A stretch of 64,000 bases of DNA from an uncultured delta proteobacterium (GTDB lineage Bacteria; Myxococcota_A; Polyangia; Fen-1088). A program made the position numbers and the translations under genes. The DNA lies in NCBI GenBank assembly GCA_963737265.1, contig CAVTRY010000013.1:288001-352000 (forward strand), written 5' to 3'. This document shows positions 36,495-46,860 of this stretch, in pieces (positions within the stretch are counted from its first letter, which is position 1; each line of letters begins with the position of its first letter). The notes under the pieces were generated by a model. It saw only the letters and a list, made by a program, of their open reading frames with translations. It had not been told where the DNA came from and ran no database searches.

Positions 36495-37547
36495 ATGACT
36501 GGCGCGAAATCTCAACCACGCCGAGGCGGCGCCGCTGCCGTGAACGTCGCCGGCGCCGTCGCGGCACCTCTGCCCAAGGGTGTCGAACCCGAGCTGCCGA
36601 CGCCCGTGGCCGCGCCCCCGGCGGAGGAAACCTGGGGCCACGAGATCAAGTTCGACGGGTATCGCATCCTGGCCAGCGTGGAAAAGGGCCAGGTGACGCT
36701 GACAACGCGCAGAGGGAACGACTGGACCTCCCGCATGCCCGCGCTAGCGGAAGCGATAGGCGCCATCCCGGTGGAGACCGCCTTGCTCGACGGCGAGTTG
36801 GTGTCGCTGGACGCGCGTGGGGTAAGCGATTTTCAAAGTTTGCAGGACGCGCTCAGTTGCGGGCCTGGTCGCAACGCCCGCCCCCTTGTCTATTTTGCCT
36901 TTGACCTGCTGTACCTCGACGGCGTCGATCTGCGTGGCGTCGGTCTAGCCCAACGAAAGGCGTTGCTCGGGGAAATGCTCACCCACGTCCCACCTCCTTT
37001 CGCCAACACGATTCGCTTGAGTGAGCACGTCATTGGCCAGGGGCCGGCCTTCTTCACGCTAGCGGCCCGCATGGGCTTGGAGGGGATCGTCTCGAAACGA
37101 CTGGCTGCTCCCTATCGCTCCGGGCGCAGCCGCAACTGGCTGAAAGTGAAATGCATCCAGCGACAAGAGTTCGTCGTGGTCGGCTTCACCGATCCGAAAG
37201 GTTCGCGCAGTGCTCTTGGGGCGTTACTGCTCGCCACCTACAAGGGCGACGAGCTCGTCTATCGCGGACGAGTCGGCACTGGCTTTGGTGAAGGCTCGCT
37301 ACGCGAGCTTCACGGCAAGCTCGCGCCCTTGCGTGACCTTAAGCCGCGCCTCGCGCACGCGCCGGTGGGTGCCGAGGTGCGACGGGTCCACTGGGTGAAG
37401 CCCGAGCTTGTGGCCGAGGTTTCCTTCGCGGGACTCACCCAGGATGGCCTGCTTCGCCATGCAACCTTTTCGGGCCTGCGCGACGACAAGAAAGCTTCGG
37501 AGGTGACCCTCGAAAGTCTCTGCGAAAGTCTCTGCCATTGCACGTAA
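36495..37547 (+). CDS. Stand-alone ATP-dependent NHEJ DNA ligase (LigD ligase and OB domains)
   Basis: HEIKFDGYR, LDGELV, FAFDLL, EGIVSKR, WLKVK, WVKPELVAEV, LRH..F.GLRDDK. Confidence 0.92.
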   Translation: MTGAKSQPRRGGAAAVNVAGAVAAPLPKGVEPELPTPVAAPPAEETWGHEIKFDGYRILASVEKGQVTLTTRRGNDWTSRMPALAEAIGAIPVETALLDGELVSLDARGVSDFQSLQDALSCGPGRNARPLVYFAFDLLYLDGVDLRGVGLAQRKALLGEMLTHVPPPFANTIRLSEHVIGQGPAFFTLAARMGLEGIVSKRLAAPYRSGRSRNWLKVKCIQRQEFVVVGFTDPKGSRSALGALLLATYKGDELVYRGRVGTGFGEGSLRELHGKLAPLRDLKPRLAHAPVGAEVRRVHWVKPELVAEVSFAGLTQDGLLRHATFSGLRDDKKASEVTLESLCESLCHCT

Positions 37548-37572
37548 CGGGATTAAGGATTCTAATCACGCC

Positions 37573-39657
37573 ATGAAGTCTTGCGTGATTCGCCTGATTC
37601 TCTGCTGCTCCCTCCTTGTCGCATGTTCCAGCTCAAACTCATCTTCGGGCGTAGATGCTCAAGGCGATGGGGATCGGCTCGATGTCGTCAGTAGGGATTC
37701 CGCCGCTCCGACGTCGCTTCCCGACGCAGCGAGTGCCGCCGATCTTGCACCTGCCGATACCACGGCCGTCGGCGGGCCGTGGAATGCGGCGACGCAGGCG
37801 ATTCCCACCACGCCCTTCTTGGTGATCGACCAATTCGGGTATCGCACGAGCGCCGAGAAGATCGCGATTGTCCGCACGCCTGTCGCCGGCTTTGATGCGA
37901 CCACGACATTCGCCCCCAGCGCCTCGCTGTCCGTCGTCGACGTGCACTCGGGTGCAGCCGTGTGGAGCGGCGCGCCCGTCGCATGGCAAGCCGGCGCAAC
38001 CGATAGCGACGCAAGCCATGGCTCCGGCGACAAGACGTGGTGGCTCACCTTCAGCGCGCTCGCCACACCGGGCACCTATGTTGTCGTCGATCCGGGCAAC
38101 AACGTGCGCTCGTATCCGTTTCAAGTCGGCGATACGGTCTACGCCAACATCTTCAAGGCCGCTCAGAAGATGTACTACTACCAGCGCTTTGGCATCGCCA
38201 AGACCGCGTCCTATGCGGGGGCGGCTTGGGCGGATGCCTTGGACTTTCCCGGCGACACCGCCTGCCTGGATTTTGTCACGAAAAGCAACCCGCAAGACCT
38301 GAGCGGCGGCTGGTTCGATGCGGGTGACTACAACAGATACACCAACTGGGCCGCCGCCGATGTCATCCAACTTCTGCGCGCCTACGTCGAGAGCCCCCAT
38401 GCCTTCACCGACGATGTGAACATCCCTGAATCGGGCAACGCCGTACCGGATATCCTGGATGAAGTGATGTGGGAGCTCAATTGGATGAAGAAGATGCAAG
38501 ACGGAGCGGGCGCCAATGGCTCGGTGCTGAGCATCGCGGGCGAGGTTCCACCGGCGACCGGCGCAGTGATGTCGCCGCCTTCGGCATCGAGCGCAAAGTG
38601 TTTTTACGGCGAGGTCAATACCTCGGCGACCTTGAGCACCGCGGGTGCGTTTGCCTATGCCTCGACTGTGCTGCAACAGGTTCCGTCGCTGGCCTCGTAC
38701 ACCGCCGATCTCCTGAGTCGCGCCGAAAAGGCCTGGACGTGGGCCGGCGCGAATCCCGCGGTCTTCTTTCAGAACAACGACGCGGCATCTGGGTCCTCCG
38801 GACTTGGCGCTGGCCAACAGGACGTCACTGCCGCCGCCCTCGCGCAAATCAAGCTGGACGCTTCGGCGCTGCTTTTTGCGGCGACGGGAAGCACCACGTA
38901 CCAAACCTATTTCGACGCCAACTACGACGCTGGCGGTTTGACCTCGGGACTCGCGGGCTACGTCGGTCCGTGGAACCTCGGTGACCTCGACGCGTTACTC
39001 ACCTACGCCACCGCCACCAACGCCACAGCAGCGGTGGCTTCTGCGATCAAAACCAACATGCTGGCCGGGCTGAATGGCGGCGACAATTTCCCGGCATATA
39101 CGGGGAGCAAAGGCGCCTACGGCCCGTACCTGGCGCAGTTTGTGTGGGGCAGCAATCAAACCCAAGCTGCGCAGGGCTTGCTGTTCACGCTGGTTCCGAC
39201 GTACGGACTCGCTCCGGCGAAAAGCACCGATGCCATGATGGCTGCCGAGCGTCATGTCCACTACTTCCACGGCGCCAATCCGCTTTCGAAGGTGTTCCTG
39301 TCGAACGTCAACTCGATTGGCGCCTCGAATTCCGTGACGTCGCTTTACCATTCGTGGTTTGCGCCTGGCACCGATTGGAGCATTGTCGGCGTGTCCAAGT
39401 ACGGGCCCGCGCCCGGCTATCTGGTGGGCGGCGCGAATCCGAGCTATGCGCTGGATAGCTGTTGCCCCGCGGGTTGTGGGTCCGCCGCGAACAACGCGCT
39501 TTGTGTGAATCCAATCCCGCCCGCCGGGCAGCCGCCCATGAAGTCGTACAAGGATTTCAACGACAACTGGCCGCTCGATTCGTGGCAGGTTACCGAGCCC
39601 GATTTGGGCTACCAGGCGGCATATGTGAGGCTGCTGGCGAAGTTCGTGAACAACTAG
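37573..39657 (+). CDS. Glycoside hydrolase family 9 lipoprotein with N-terminal Ig-like domain
   Basis: Lipobox LVAC; IDQFGY, YYYQR.G, DLSGGWFDAGDY, PDILDE, WGSN, HYFHGANP, SWQVTEPDLGYQA. Confidence 0.9.
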   Translation: MKSCVIRLILCCSLLVACSSSNSSSGVDAQGDGDRLDVVSRDSAAPTSLPDAASAADLAPADTTAVGGPWNAATQAIPTTPFLVIDQFGYRTSAEKIAIVRTPVAGFDATTTFAPSASLSVVDVHSGAAVWSGAPVAWQAGATDSDASHGSGDKTWWLTFSALATPGTYVVVDPGNNVRSYPFQVGDTVYANIFKAAQKMYYYQRFGIAKTASYAGAAWADALDFPGDTACLDFVTKSNPQDLSGGWFDAGDYNRYTNWAAADVIQLLRAYVESPHAFTDDVNIPESGNAVPDILDEVMWELNWMKKMQDGAGANGSVLSIAGEVPPATGAVMSPPSASSAKCFYGEVNTSATLSTAGAFAYASTVLQQVPSLASYTADLLSRAEKAWTWAGANPAVFFQNNDAASGSSGLGAGQQDVTAAALAQIKLDASALLFAATGSTTYQTYFDANYDAGGLTSGLAGYVGPWNLGDLDALLTYATATNATAAVASAIKTNMLAGLNGGDNFPAYTGSKGAYGPYLAQFVWGSNQTQAAQGLLFTLVPTYGLAPAKSTDAMMAAERHVHYFHGANPLSKVFLSNVNSIGASNSVTSLYHSWFAPGTDWSIVGVSKYGPAPGYLVGGANPSYALDSCCPAGCGSAANNALCVNPIPPAGQPPMKSYKDFNDNWPLDSWQVTEPDLGYQAAYVRLLAKFVNN

Positions 39658-39716
39658 CGCGCGCCGGTTGGGACAGAGAACAGCATGGACAGAGAACGGT
39701 GAGAACGTATATTATT

Positions 39717-39745
39717 TTGCCTATCGTCCCATTATCTAATACGAT
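39717..39745 (+). promoter_or_regulatory. Putative sigma70 promoter
   Basis: TTGCCT-N17-TACGAT with AT-rich upstream sequence; AGGAG before ATG 39773. Confidence 0.5.
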
Positions 39746-39772
39746 GGGCCGCAGGAAACCACAGGAGAACCC

Positions 39773-40315
39773 ATGCCCGATACGAACATCACCGCCTTTG
39801 TAGAGACCTTCGCCAGCCAGCTTGTCGCTGCCGTGGAGGCGTCCGTCGCTGAGCGAGTCCAAGCTGCTATTGCCGGCGTTTTCGATGCGCCACAAAAGTA
39901 CGGAATCGGAAGACCACCAGTGCAGGCTGTGGCCGGTGTGGCAAGTGTGGCGGCAAAGTCTGGGGCGGCAAAGAAGTCACGACCAAAGCAGTTTTGCCCG
40001 GTACCCGGTTGCAACAACGTTGCGGCACCAGTCTTCGGCATGGTCTGCAAAGATCACAGGAACGTGGCCAAGTCCAAAATCGCAAAGTACCGGGAAGAGC
40101 GCAAGGCCACGCCCGCCCAGAGCGTGACGCCCACGGCGGTAAAGAAGGTGATGCAGATGTCGCCAAAGGCCGCGCGGGCGCGGAAGATTCAAGGACAGTA
40201 CATGGGGGCGCTAAAATCCTTAACAGGTGCGGACAGAGAAAAGGTCAAACAGACTGCCAGGGAGAAGGGCGTCGCCGAGGCCGTGCGCCTCGCGAAGTCG
40301 ATGAAGAAGGGCTAA
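39773..40315 (+). CDS. Small basic protein with a Cys3His motif, probable nucleic-acid-binding protein
   Basis: CPVPGC..CKDH motif, Lys/Arg/Ala-rich, RKIQGQYMG motif; good RBS. Confidence 0.6.
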   Translation: MPDTNITAFVETFASQLVAAVEASVAERVQAAIAGVFDAPQKYGIGRPPVQAVAGVASVAAKSGAAKKSRPKQFCPVPGCNNVAAPVFGMVCKDHRNVAKSKIAKYREERKATPAQSVTPTAVKKVMQMSPKAARARKIQGQYMGALKSLTGADREKVKQTAREKGVAEAVRLAKSMKKG

Positions 40316-40579
40316 GCCTAAGCTAGCTAGCAGACCGTGGTGAAGGTCTCCACGTCGCCGTTCGGGCGGATTCTGGGCCGTTTGCCGACCTTGGAACCCT
40401 GGGAGGGGTCCGAACCTCCCGCGCCTTGAGCGGTCGAGCAAAGCTCGCCCGCTCCTCCGGCGGATAGGTCGCCGCTCGCTTGAATACCTCTAGTATTCGG
40501 CGCTTCGCCGCTCCTCGCATCCGGCGCACCCGGCCCGAATCCACTCCGAACGGCTCGGTCCGACTTCCACCACGGGATG

Positions 40580-42736
40580 CTAGGGAGAGAGGCCGGACAC
40601 GAAGATCGCGGGTGCGGTTGTGCCAGTACCGAGAGTCGTCGACCCAAAGGTGATGGTGCTCGCGAAGACACCGCCGACCGCCACCCCGTCGAGCGCGGCA
40701 CCACTAGCCATTCGCGCCACCGTCAGGTCATCGACCTCTTGCAAGGCGATCGCATCGCCGTACCGATGAGCGCAGAGTACTGAGCCGTCCGCGCCACTCA
40801 GATGGGCGACGAAGCCGTCCGAGTTGGTGTTGGCGAACGAGGTCAGGTTCATAGCACCCATCGTGCCCGTGAAGAAGCCGCCCACGTAGATGTCGCCATT
40901 CGACGAAGTCGCTACGCTCTTGGCTTGGTGATCGAAGCCCGGATTGCCGAACGCCTCGGCCCAGATCGGGGTAAGCGTCGGCGCGCTCACGCTCATTTTG
41001 ACCACCAATGCGTCGGTGTTGCCCTGACGCGTAATCGCTCCAACGCTTCCACCGAAATTCACGTTTGCGCCCAAGCTGCCAGCCACTATAACGTTGTTGC
41101 TCGCATCGACGGCGATGGAGAACGGGCTGACCTTGCCAGTCGGGCCCCAGGTGGAGGCCGCAGTCGGCGTGCCGTCGGCGCCCGCCAACACCGCCAGGTA
41201 GAGCAGCGAGTAGATCGGGGACGCCACCACCGGGAAGGCGGCGAGGGAGCCGAATTGCAGCGTGCCGTTGTATCCGCCCGCGATGATGACGTTGCCCGAG
41301 TTGTCCATCGACACGGCCTGGCAGAGCTGGTCGCCAGCGCCGCCGAACTGCTTGCCCCAGGTCACGAGGCCCGTGGTCGCGTCGATCTTCGCCACCACGA
41401 TGTCGAGGCCGCCGCCAGCCGCGTTGGTACCTGTGAGGATGCCACCCGTGGCCTTCACGGAGGAGACACCGCAGACCGCGAAGGCGTCCTGGTTGGGGTT
41501 CGAGGCGACTGCGAGCAGCGTGCCCGTGCCCAAGCCGACAGCCAGCGAATGTACTGGATTTCCGCCCGAGTCGAAGGTGGCCACGAAGTAGGCCGAGGAC
41601 GCCGCCGTCGTGAGGAAGTCAAGGCCTGGAGCCCCGACGGTCCCGTTGGTCCCGCCCGAGTCGTTGCCATCGAAGTCGATCTCCGACTCGAAGTAGCCGA
41701 TTAAGCCGACATCGCCGCTCTTCGCCACTGCCACGCCAATCGCGTTCTGGCTTGTCAAGTTGGGGGTAGCGATCTGACCGAACGATTCGGCGAAAGTCGC
41801 GAGGCCCGTCGTGGGATCGAGCTTCACCAGAAAGACATCGCTGGCGCCAGTCGATTTGATGGAAGGGCCCGTGCCCGGATTGGGTTTCGGAAATCCGACT
41901 GCGACGCTGCAGTTAGGAAGCCCATTCGAGTCCAAGGGACAGAAGACCTGCCCCGCTGCCCAAAGCGTGCCATCTGGCCTATTGGCCATGGCCACCGGTC
42001 CCGCAAGTTGCGGGGCGGGCCATTGCTGGGCGGGGAACGTGGCGCTCGCATTGAGCGAGACGCCGCAGGAGAAGGCGCTACCGTCTGACTGGGTCGCGAC
42101 GTCTTGGTGGCTGGATAGATCCGGGGACGGTTGGACATCGACGATGTTAATCGGAGCGTCGACGAGGTCTGGCAGCACGTCGCCGACCTCTGGTGGAACG
42201 CCGACAATGTCGGGCAAGGCAGCGTCGGGCAAGGCAGCGTCGGGCAAGGCAGCGGAAGCGTCGGCCATGCTGCCGGGTCGAGCATCGGCATTGGAACCGC
42301 CCGTCCCGATGGCGCCCCCGGTTCCTCCTGTGACACCGCCACTGCCACCTGCGCCGCCAGTTCCGCCGACGTCGCCACCGTTGGATCCGTGGTCGGATAT
42401 GTCCGGTTGGCTATTCGGCGCATCTGGGATCGAGCTATCGATGGCTACGACGGAAAGATCGACGTTCGCGCTGTCCTGGCCTCCGTCCGGTGTCGCGAAT
42501 GAAAGGTCCGCTCCGCCTAGGTCGATTCCAACCTCGGCGCTGGGCCGGTCGGATGCGCTGTCCCGGCAATAGGCATCGCAGTACTTGCGCTGTCCAGCGT
42601 CGACCTTTTCATCGGACGAGCTGCTGCCGCTGCAACCGGCAAGAAGCTGCGCGGCGGCCAGAAACAGGCACCGGGAAAGCGGCACTGCTTGCGGTCGCAT
42701 CCGTGCGAAAAGGATCGCCATTCGTCTCGCGTTCAT
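40580..42736 (-). CDS. Lipoprotein with low-complexity linker and C-terminal beta-propeller (SBBP-like repeats)
   Basis: Lipobox LLAGC; repeats D(V/I)..(V/A)K.D...G...W...FG, DNSGNVIIAG; start uncertain. Confidence 0.7.
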   Translation of the reverse strand: MNARRMAILFARMRPQAVPLSRCLFLAAAQLLAGCSGSSSSDEKVDAGQRKYCDAYCRDSASDRPSAEVGIDLGGADLSFATPDGGQDSANVDLSVVAIDSSIPDAPNSQPDISDHGSNGGDVGGTGGAGGSGGVTGGTGGAIGTGGSNADARPGSMADASAALPDAALPDAALPDIVGVPPEVGDVLPDLVDAPINIVDVQPSPDLSSHQDVATQSDGSAFSCGVSLNASATFPAQQWPAPQLAGPVAMANRPDGTLWAAGQVFCPLDSNGLPNCSVAVGFPKPNPGTGPSIKSTGASDVFLVKLDPTTGLATFAESFGQIATPNLTSQNAIGVAVAKSGDVGLIGYFESEIDFDGNDSGGTNGTVGAPGLDFLTTAASSAYFVATFDSGGNPVHSLAVGLGTGTLLAVASNPNQDAFAVCGVSSVKATGGILTGTNAAGGGLDIVVAKIDATTGLVTWGKQFGGAGDQLCQAVSMDNSGNVIIAGGYNGTLQFGSLAAFPVVASPIYSLLYLAVLAGADGTPTAASTWGPTGKVSPFSIAVDASNNVIVAGSLGANVNFGGSVGAITRQGNTDALVVKMSVSAPTLTPIWAEAFGNPGFDHQAKSVATSSNGDIYVGGFFTGTMGAMNLTSFANTNSDGFVAHLSGADGSVLCAHRYGDAIALQEVDDLTVARMASGAALDGVAVGGVFASTITFGSTTLGTGTTAPAIFVSGLSP
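40794..41686 (-). repeat. About 0.9-kb near-identical inverted repeat of 55307..56202
   Basis: Long runs of nucleotide identity to the propeller-coding part of 53069..56437 on the opposite strand. Confidence 0.85.
42209..42254. repeat. 15-bp tandem repeat x3 encoding AALPD repeats
   Basis: gtcgggcaaggcagc repeated three times. Confidence 0.85.
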
Positions 42737-42815
42737 GTGCCTGCCCCGGTGTGATTGACGGCGCTCCTCGTGGGGATGGGCGAGGAGCTCGCTCATCCCC
42801 ACCATTCGCTCTGTG

Positions 42816-44672
42816 CTAGGGCTGAAGGTCCAACAGGTAGCCGGCTGTCGAGATTGACGAGCCCGCACCGAGCGCGGTCGTGGGCGGGCCAAAATCTATG
42901 ACGCCTGTGTAGTCGCCAACGACGGCCAGACCATCCTTGCCGGCGCCGGCCGTCCAGCGATTAATCGCAACCGCGCGACCGTCTTGGGAAGCTGTTAGGG
43001 CCGAATCGCCGTAGTGGTGAGCACAGGTCGTCGCACCTGTCACGCCATCCAGACGGACAATAAGGACATCGAGCCCTCCTCCAGCGGGTACGTTGGCCGA
43101 CAGGGTAGCGTTGCCTGGTCCAATGTCGATCGTGCCCTGGAACGAACCCACGACTGTCGGATTTCCGCTGGAATCGGTCGCGATGCCGAACGAGCCCGAA
43201 GTCTTATTTGCTGCGCCCCAGCGGCGTGCCCAAATCGGAACAAGACCAGAGCTGACCTTCAGGACAAATGAATCGAAAGGTCCGAGCGGGGTCAGGGACG
43301 TAGTTCCAGCGCTGAATGCGGAAGAGAAGATGCCGGTCACGAAGGCGTTGCCCTGGGCATCGGCGGCGATTGACTGTGCGACGATTTGACCGCTGGCGCC
43401 GAAGGCTATCGCGCCGATCGCGGCGCCGGTCGTTCCATTGAGCTTCGCAACCCAAAGGATCTTGTCTCTCGCTCCGGTTGGCGCTGGCGTCAATGGCCCG
43501 GTGCCAAAATCGAGCGTTCCAGCATACTGGCCCGTAAGAAGGACGTTGCCAGTGTCGTCGATAGCGGCGGCGTTGCAGACTTGATCCATCGGGCCGCCGA
43601 AAAGTCTTGCCCAAATCACGGTTCCATCAATGGCATTGACAGCGGCGACCACCACATCCTTTCCCCCACCCGGGGTGGCTCCAGTGACGCCCAACTGCGC
43701 GGCGGCGTTCGTCGCCGCTCCGCAGACCACGAAGAAGTTCTGCGTCGTGTTACCGGCAATGGCATTAAGTTGCCCCGTCCCCAAATTCACGCTCTTCGAC
43801 CACAAACCAGCTCCAGCCGTGCCATCGATTCCGGCGATGTAGTCGACCGGCGTCGAAAGCGGGTTGCTCAGCGGGGAACCAGTGACGATCTCCATCGAGC
43901 CCAGGTAATTGCCGATGACGCCAAACACCGCATTGCCACTGGTCGCGACCTGGCTCGCAAGTTGATCGGCATCGTCCCCAGCCGTGAGGACCCAGGTTGC
44001 GTCGCCCGTCGTCGGGTCAATCTTGGCCACGAACATGTCAGAGGCGCCCTGATTGGTCAGAGTCTTCGTGCCGAGAATCGTGTCGTTGGGTAAGAACGCT
44101 CCGCCAGTGGCCAGGCTGCCGTCCTTCGCCCAAGCGACCGTAAGGAGCGACGGTAGCCGGTAGCTGCGCGCAAGCGTTGGGCCTTGGCAGCTCGGCGACC
44201 CCCCCTCCGAGCTACCCGTCTCGACGGACGCGACGTCAACGAACCCGCCGCCGTCGGGATTGAGCGGCACGTCTGGGATTTGCGTGTCTTGCCATGCTAC
44301 ATCTTGCCCAGCTTCGGAACCCGAGGGATTGACATCGGTACCGCCGTCAAGGGTGGCGGTGCCGCCCGTGCCGCCGAGAGTGGTCTGGTCGAAGCCAGTA
44401 TCCGGGGCCACGGTTGCGCCTCCCGTGCCAGGTGGAACATCCTTGGGAAGCGCCGTGTCCGGTGCAGCCAGGGTGTCCGGCTTTGCATCGGGGTTTGCGC
44501 CGGCTCCTCCACCTCCTCCTCCCGTGCCGGTCATTCCTCCGACACCGCTCGATCCTCCTGTTCCGCCTCCGCCGCCACTGCTTCCGCAACCGGAAGTTGC
44601 AAAGGCAAACGCCGCACCGGCCAGCACCAAGATACGGAAAAAAACAGGGCCTCGTCGATCGTATGAAATCAT
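42816..44672 (-). CDS. Lipoprotein with Gly/Asp-rich linker and SBBP-like beta-propeller
   Basis: GAGG before ATG 44672; lipobox ATSGC; DMFVAKID, DVVVAAV, DDTGNVLLTG repeats. Confidence 0.72.
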   Translation of the reverse strand: MISYDRRGPVFFRILVLAGAAFAFATSGCGSSGGGGGTGGSSGVGGMTGTGGGGGGAGANPDAKPDTLAAPDTALPKDVPPGTGGATVAPDTGFDQTTLGGTGGTATLDGGTDVNPSGSEAGQDVAWQDTQIPDVPLNPDGGGFVDVASVETGSSEGGSPSCQGPTLARSYRLPSLLTVAWAKDGSLATGGAFLPNDTILGTKTLTNQGASDMFVAKIDPTTGDATWVLTAGDDADQLASQVATSGNAVFGVIGNYLGSMEIVTGSPLSNPLSTPVDYIAGIDGTAGAGLWSKSVNLGTGQLNAIAGNTTQNFFVVCGAATNAAAQLGVTGATPGGGKDVVVAAVNAIDGTVIWARLFGGPMDQVCNAAAIDDTGNVLLTGQYAGTLDFGTGPLTPAPTGARDKILWVAKLNGTTGAAIGAIAFGASGQIVAQSIAADAQGNAFVTGIFSSAFSAGTTSLTPLGPFDSFVLKVSSGLVPIWARRWGAANKTSGSFGIATDSSGNPTVVGSFQGTIDIGPGNATLSANVPAGGGLDVLIVRLDGVTGATTCAHHYGDSALTASQDGRAVAINRWTAGAGKDGLAVVGDYTGVIDFGPPTTALGAGSSISTAGYLLDLQP

Positions 44673-44844
44673 AGTTTCCTCACTGGGTAGACCTTGCCCG
44701 CGATGGGGACATTGGAGATGAAGGTGGTGGCTGTATAGCTTCAATTGCCAACCTGCGATTGTGATGATTTGGCTACCTCTGGGTGTAGTAACTGCGACGA
44801 AAGCGCGACGGTTTGGTTACGTTTCGTGCCGACCAGGATGGCCA

Positions 44845-46860
44845 TCACGGCGCAAGTTTGGCTAGGAACGTGGTTTGGGGGGTTAGCAGAACAGCCGATG
44901 TCAGAACGCCTGCTGGCGCGCCAAAATCGATTTGCGTGCGGAATTGACCTAGGAAGAGACTGGTGTCCTTTTCGGCAGCGACAGCCGACGAGTTGGCCAC
45001 GACTCCGACAGCTGAACTATAACCCACAGCACTGCCATATCCCCTGGCGGCGCTGACCCGCGCAGTCGTCGCCCCGCCGCCATCCGGCTGGGCCAAAGCC
45101 GTCTCCTCTAGTAGAGCAACGAATGCCGCCGTCGCGTTACTCGTCTGCGGCAAGGGTGTGTCGCCGAGGGTGAGGGTTCCCGCGTAGTCGCCGGCCAGGA
45201 TGATGCCACCGCTGGAATTGAGAGAAAGCGCGGTTATGGCATTGCTCAGGCTTGCTCCGGCGGACCCGATGGGAACGATCCACGCAATTTCTCCGGTGTC
45301 CTTGCGCAGTTTGGCCACGAAAATAGACGACGAGGTGAAGGAGACTCCGGCAACGGAGTAAGGCGAGGCTGGCGCCACGCCCGCGACGTTTCCGGCGACG
45401 ATCAGTCCGTCGCTGACGGGAAGTAGTGCCGTTGCATTCAGGGAAGCAGCGTGCCCCACGTTGCCGAAGGCCGTAGCCCAAACACCGGTTGGGGTCGGGA
45501 CGCTGGCGTCGCCGTCGGTGAGCTGTAGCTTGGCGACGAACAGCCACTTCTTGCCGACTTGATCCACGATTGGAAGCGTCCGCGCCGAGCCTCCGAAGTT
45601 GATAGCGCTTCCGTACTTGTAGGTGCCCGCGACGTAGATGTTCGATTGGGAGTCGACGGTCACGGCATTGCAGGCCTCGTCGTTGACGCCCCCGATCTGC
45701 AGGGCCCAGTTGGTCGCGCCGGTCGTCCCGTCGAGCCCGGCAACGACCACGTCGGTGCCACCGGCCAGCATCAGTCCGGGCAAGAAATCCGTGGCCGACT
45801 TGGTCGTCGTCCCGCAAAGGACGAAGCTGGGCTGGGCCGGATCGCCGGCGAGGGAATTCAAACCGGTCACGTCGTTCGGCTTTTGGGAAAGATTGATCTT
45901 GCGCACCCAGAGGCCTCCGCCGTCGGTCGCGCTCGCGCCAAGAACGAAGTTGTCCCCGGCGGCCGTCGCAATGACGTTGTCCGGGCCCACGCCGAGGGTT
46001 CCCAGCAGCGGGCCCGCCAGGCCGAGTTGGCCGCCACCGTTGGCACCGAAGGCGAAGGCAACTTGCTTCTCGGGCCCTGGGAATGTCGTCGACCAGATGG
46101 CCTTGCCGGTGGAGGGGTCGAGCCGAGCCAGGAAAACATCCAGGTTGGAGCTATCACCGGTGTCCATGGGGCCGGCGCCCAGGTCGGTCGCACCAGAAAA
46201 TGAGCCTCCCGCAAAAACGCTACCGCTCGCCGTAATCGCGAGCGCATTGCTGTCGCTTGGCCAGTACAGGTTGTCGATGACCGATGCGGAGATGGCGGTG
46301 GGGAACGCATAGCCACCACCGTCCCCGTTCGAACACAGGCCGGTGCTCTCGTCGCAGGTAACGGTGGCCGGACAAATCGCTGTTCCGGCGCAAACGCCAT
46401 TCTCGCACTGATCGCCGGAAGTGCATTTCAGGCCGTCGTCGCACGGGGTGTAGTTGTTGGCGTTGGGGTTGGTGCATGCGCCAGTCGCGGGGCTGCAGAC
46501 ACCGGCTACATGGCACTGGTCGAGCGCCGTGCATGTCTTCGATGACCCCCAGTAACAAGCGCCGCCTTGGCATACATCGTCGACGGTGCATGGGTTGCCG
46601 GCGTCGCACCGTGTGCCGTCGGCTAGGTTGGTGTGGACGCACAGGCCGGTCGCGGGATCGCAACTGTCGGTCGTGCAAGCATTATTATCGTCGCAACTTG
46701 CGAGGCAAGCTGGCGCATCAACATTCCGCGCGTCGATGGCGGCATCGCCGTGGTTTGCCGGGGAGCTGGAGCCGCAGCTTGCGAGGCCGGAAAGGGAAAG
46801 CCCGGCAAGCACGGCGAGGGTCATTCTTGGACCAAAGTGAAAGATTCGTTTTGTGTTCAT
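44845..46860 (-). CDS. Lipoprotein with Cys-rich CDD.N.CT.D.C repeats and SBBP-like beta-propeller
   Basis: Lipobox LASC; CDDNNACTTDSC, CDDGLKCT; DVFLARLD, DSQSNIYVAG. Confidence 0.75.
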   Translation of the reverse strand: MNTKRIFHFGPRMTLAVLAGLSLSGLASCGSSSPANHGDAAIDARNVDAPACLASCDDNNACTTDSCDPATGLCVHTNLADGTRCDAGNPCTVDDVCQGGACYWGSSKTCTALDQCHVAGVCSPATGACTNPNANNYTPCDDGLKCTSGDQCENGVCAGTAICPATVTCDESTGLCSNGDGGGYAFPTAISASVIDNLYWPSDSNALAITASGSVFAGGSFSGATDLGAGPMDTGDSSNLDVFLARLDPSTGKAIWSTTFPGPEKQVAFAFGANGGGQLGLAGPLLGTLGVGPDNVIATAAGDNFVLGASATDGGGLWVRKINLSQKPNDVTGLNSLAGDPAQPSFVLCGTTTKSATDFLPGLMLAGGTDVVVAGLDGTTGATNWALQIGGVNDEACNAVTVDSQSNIYVAGTYKYGSAINFGGSARTLPIVDQVGKKWLFVAKLQLTDGDASVPTPTGVWATAFGNVGHAASLNATALLPVSDGLIVAGNVAGVAPASPYSVAGVSFTSSSIFVAKLRKDTGEIAWIVPIGSAGASLSNAITALSLNSSGGIILAGDYAGTLTLGDTPLPQTSNATAAFVALLEETALAQPDGGGATTARVSAARGYGSAVGYSSAVGVVANSSAVAAEKDTSLFLGQFRTQIDFGAPAGVLTSAVLLTPQTTFLAKLAP

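Noticed and set aside
40323-40579. Small ORFs or structured RNA between convergent genes
   Set aside because: No recognisable motifs, RBS or convincing RNA fold
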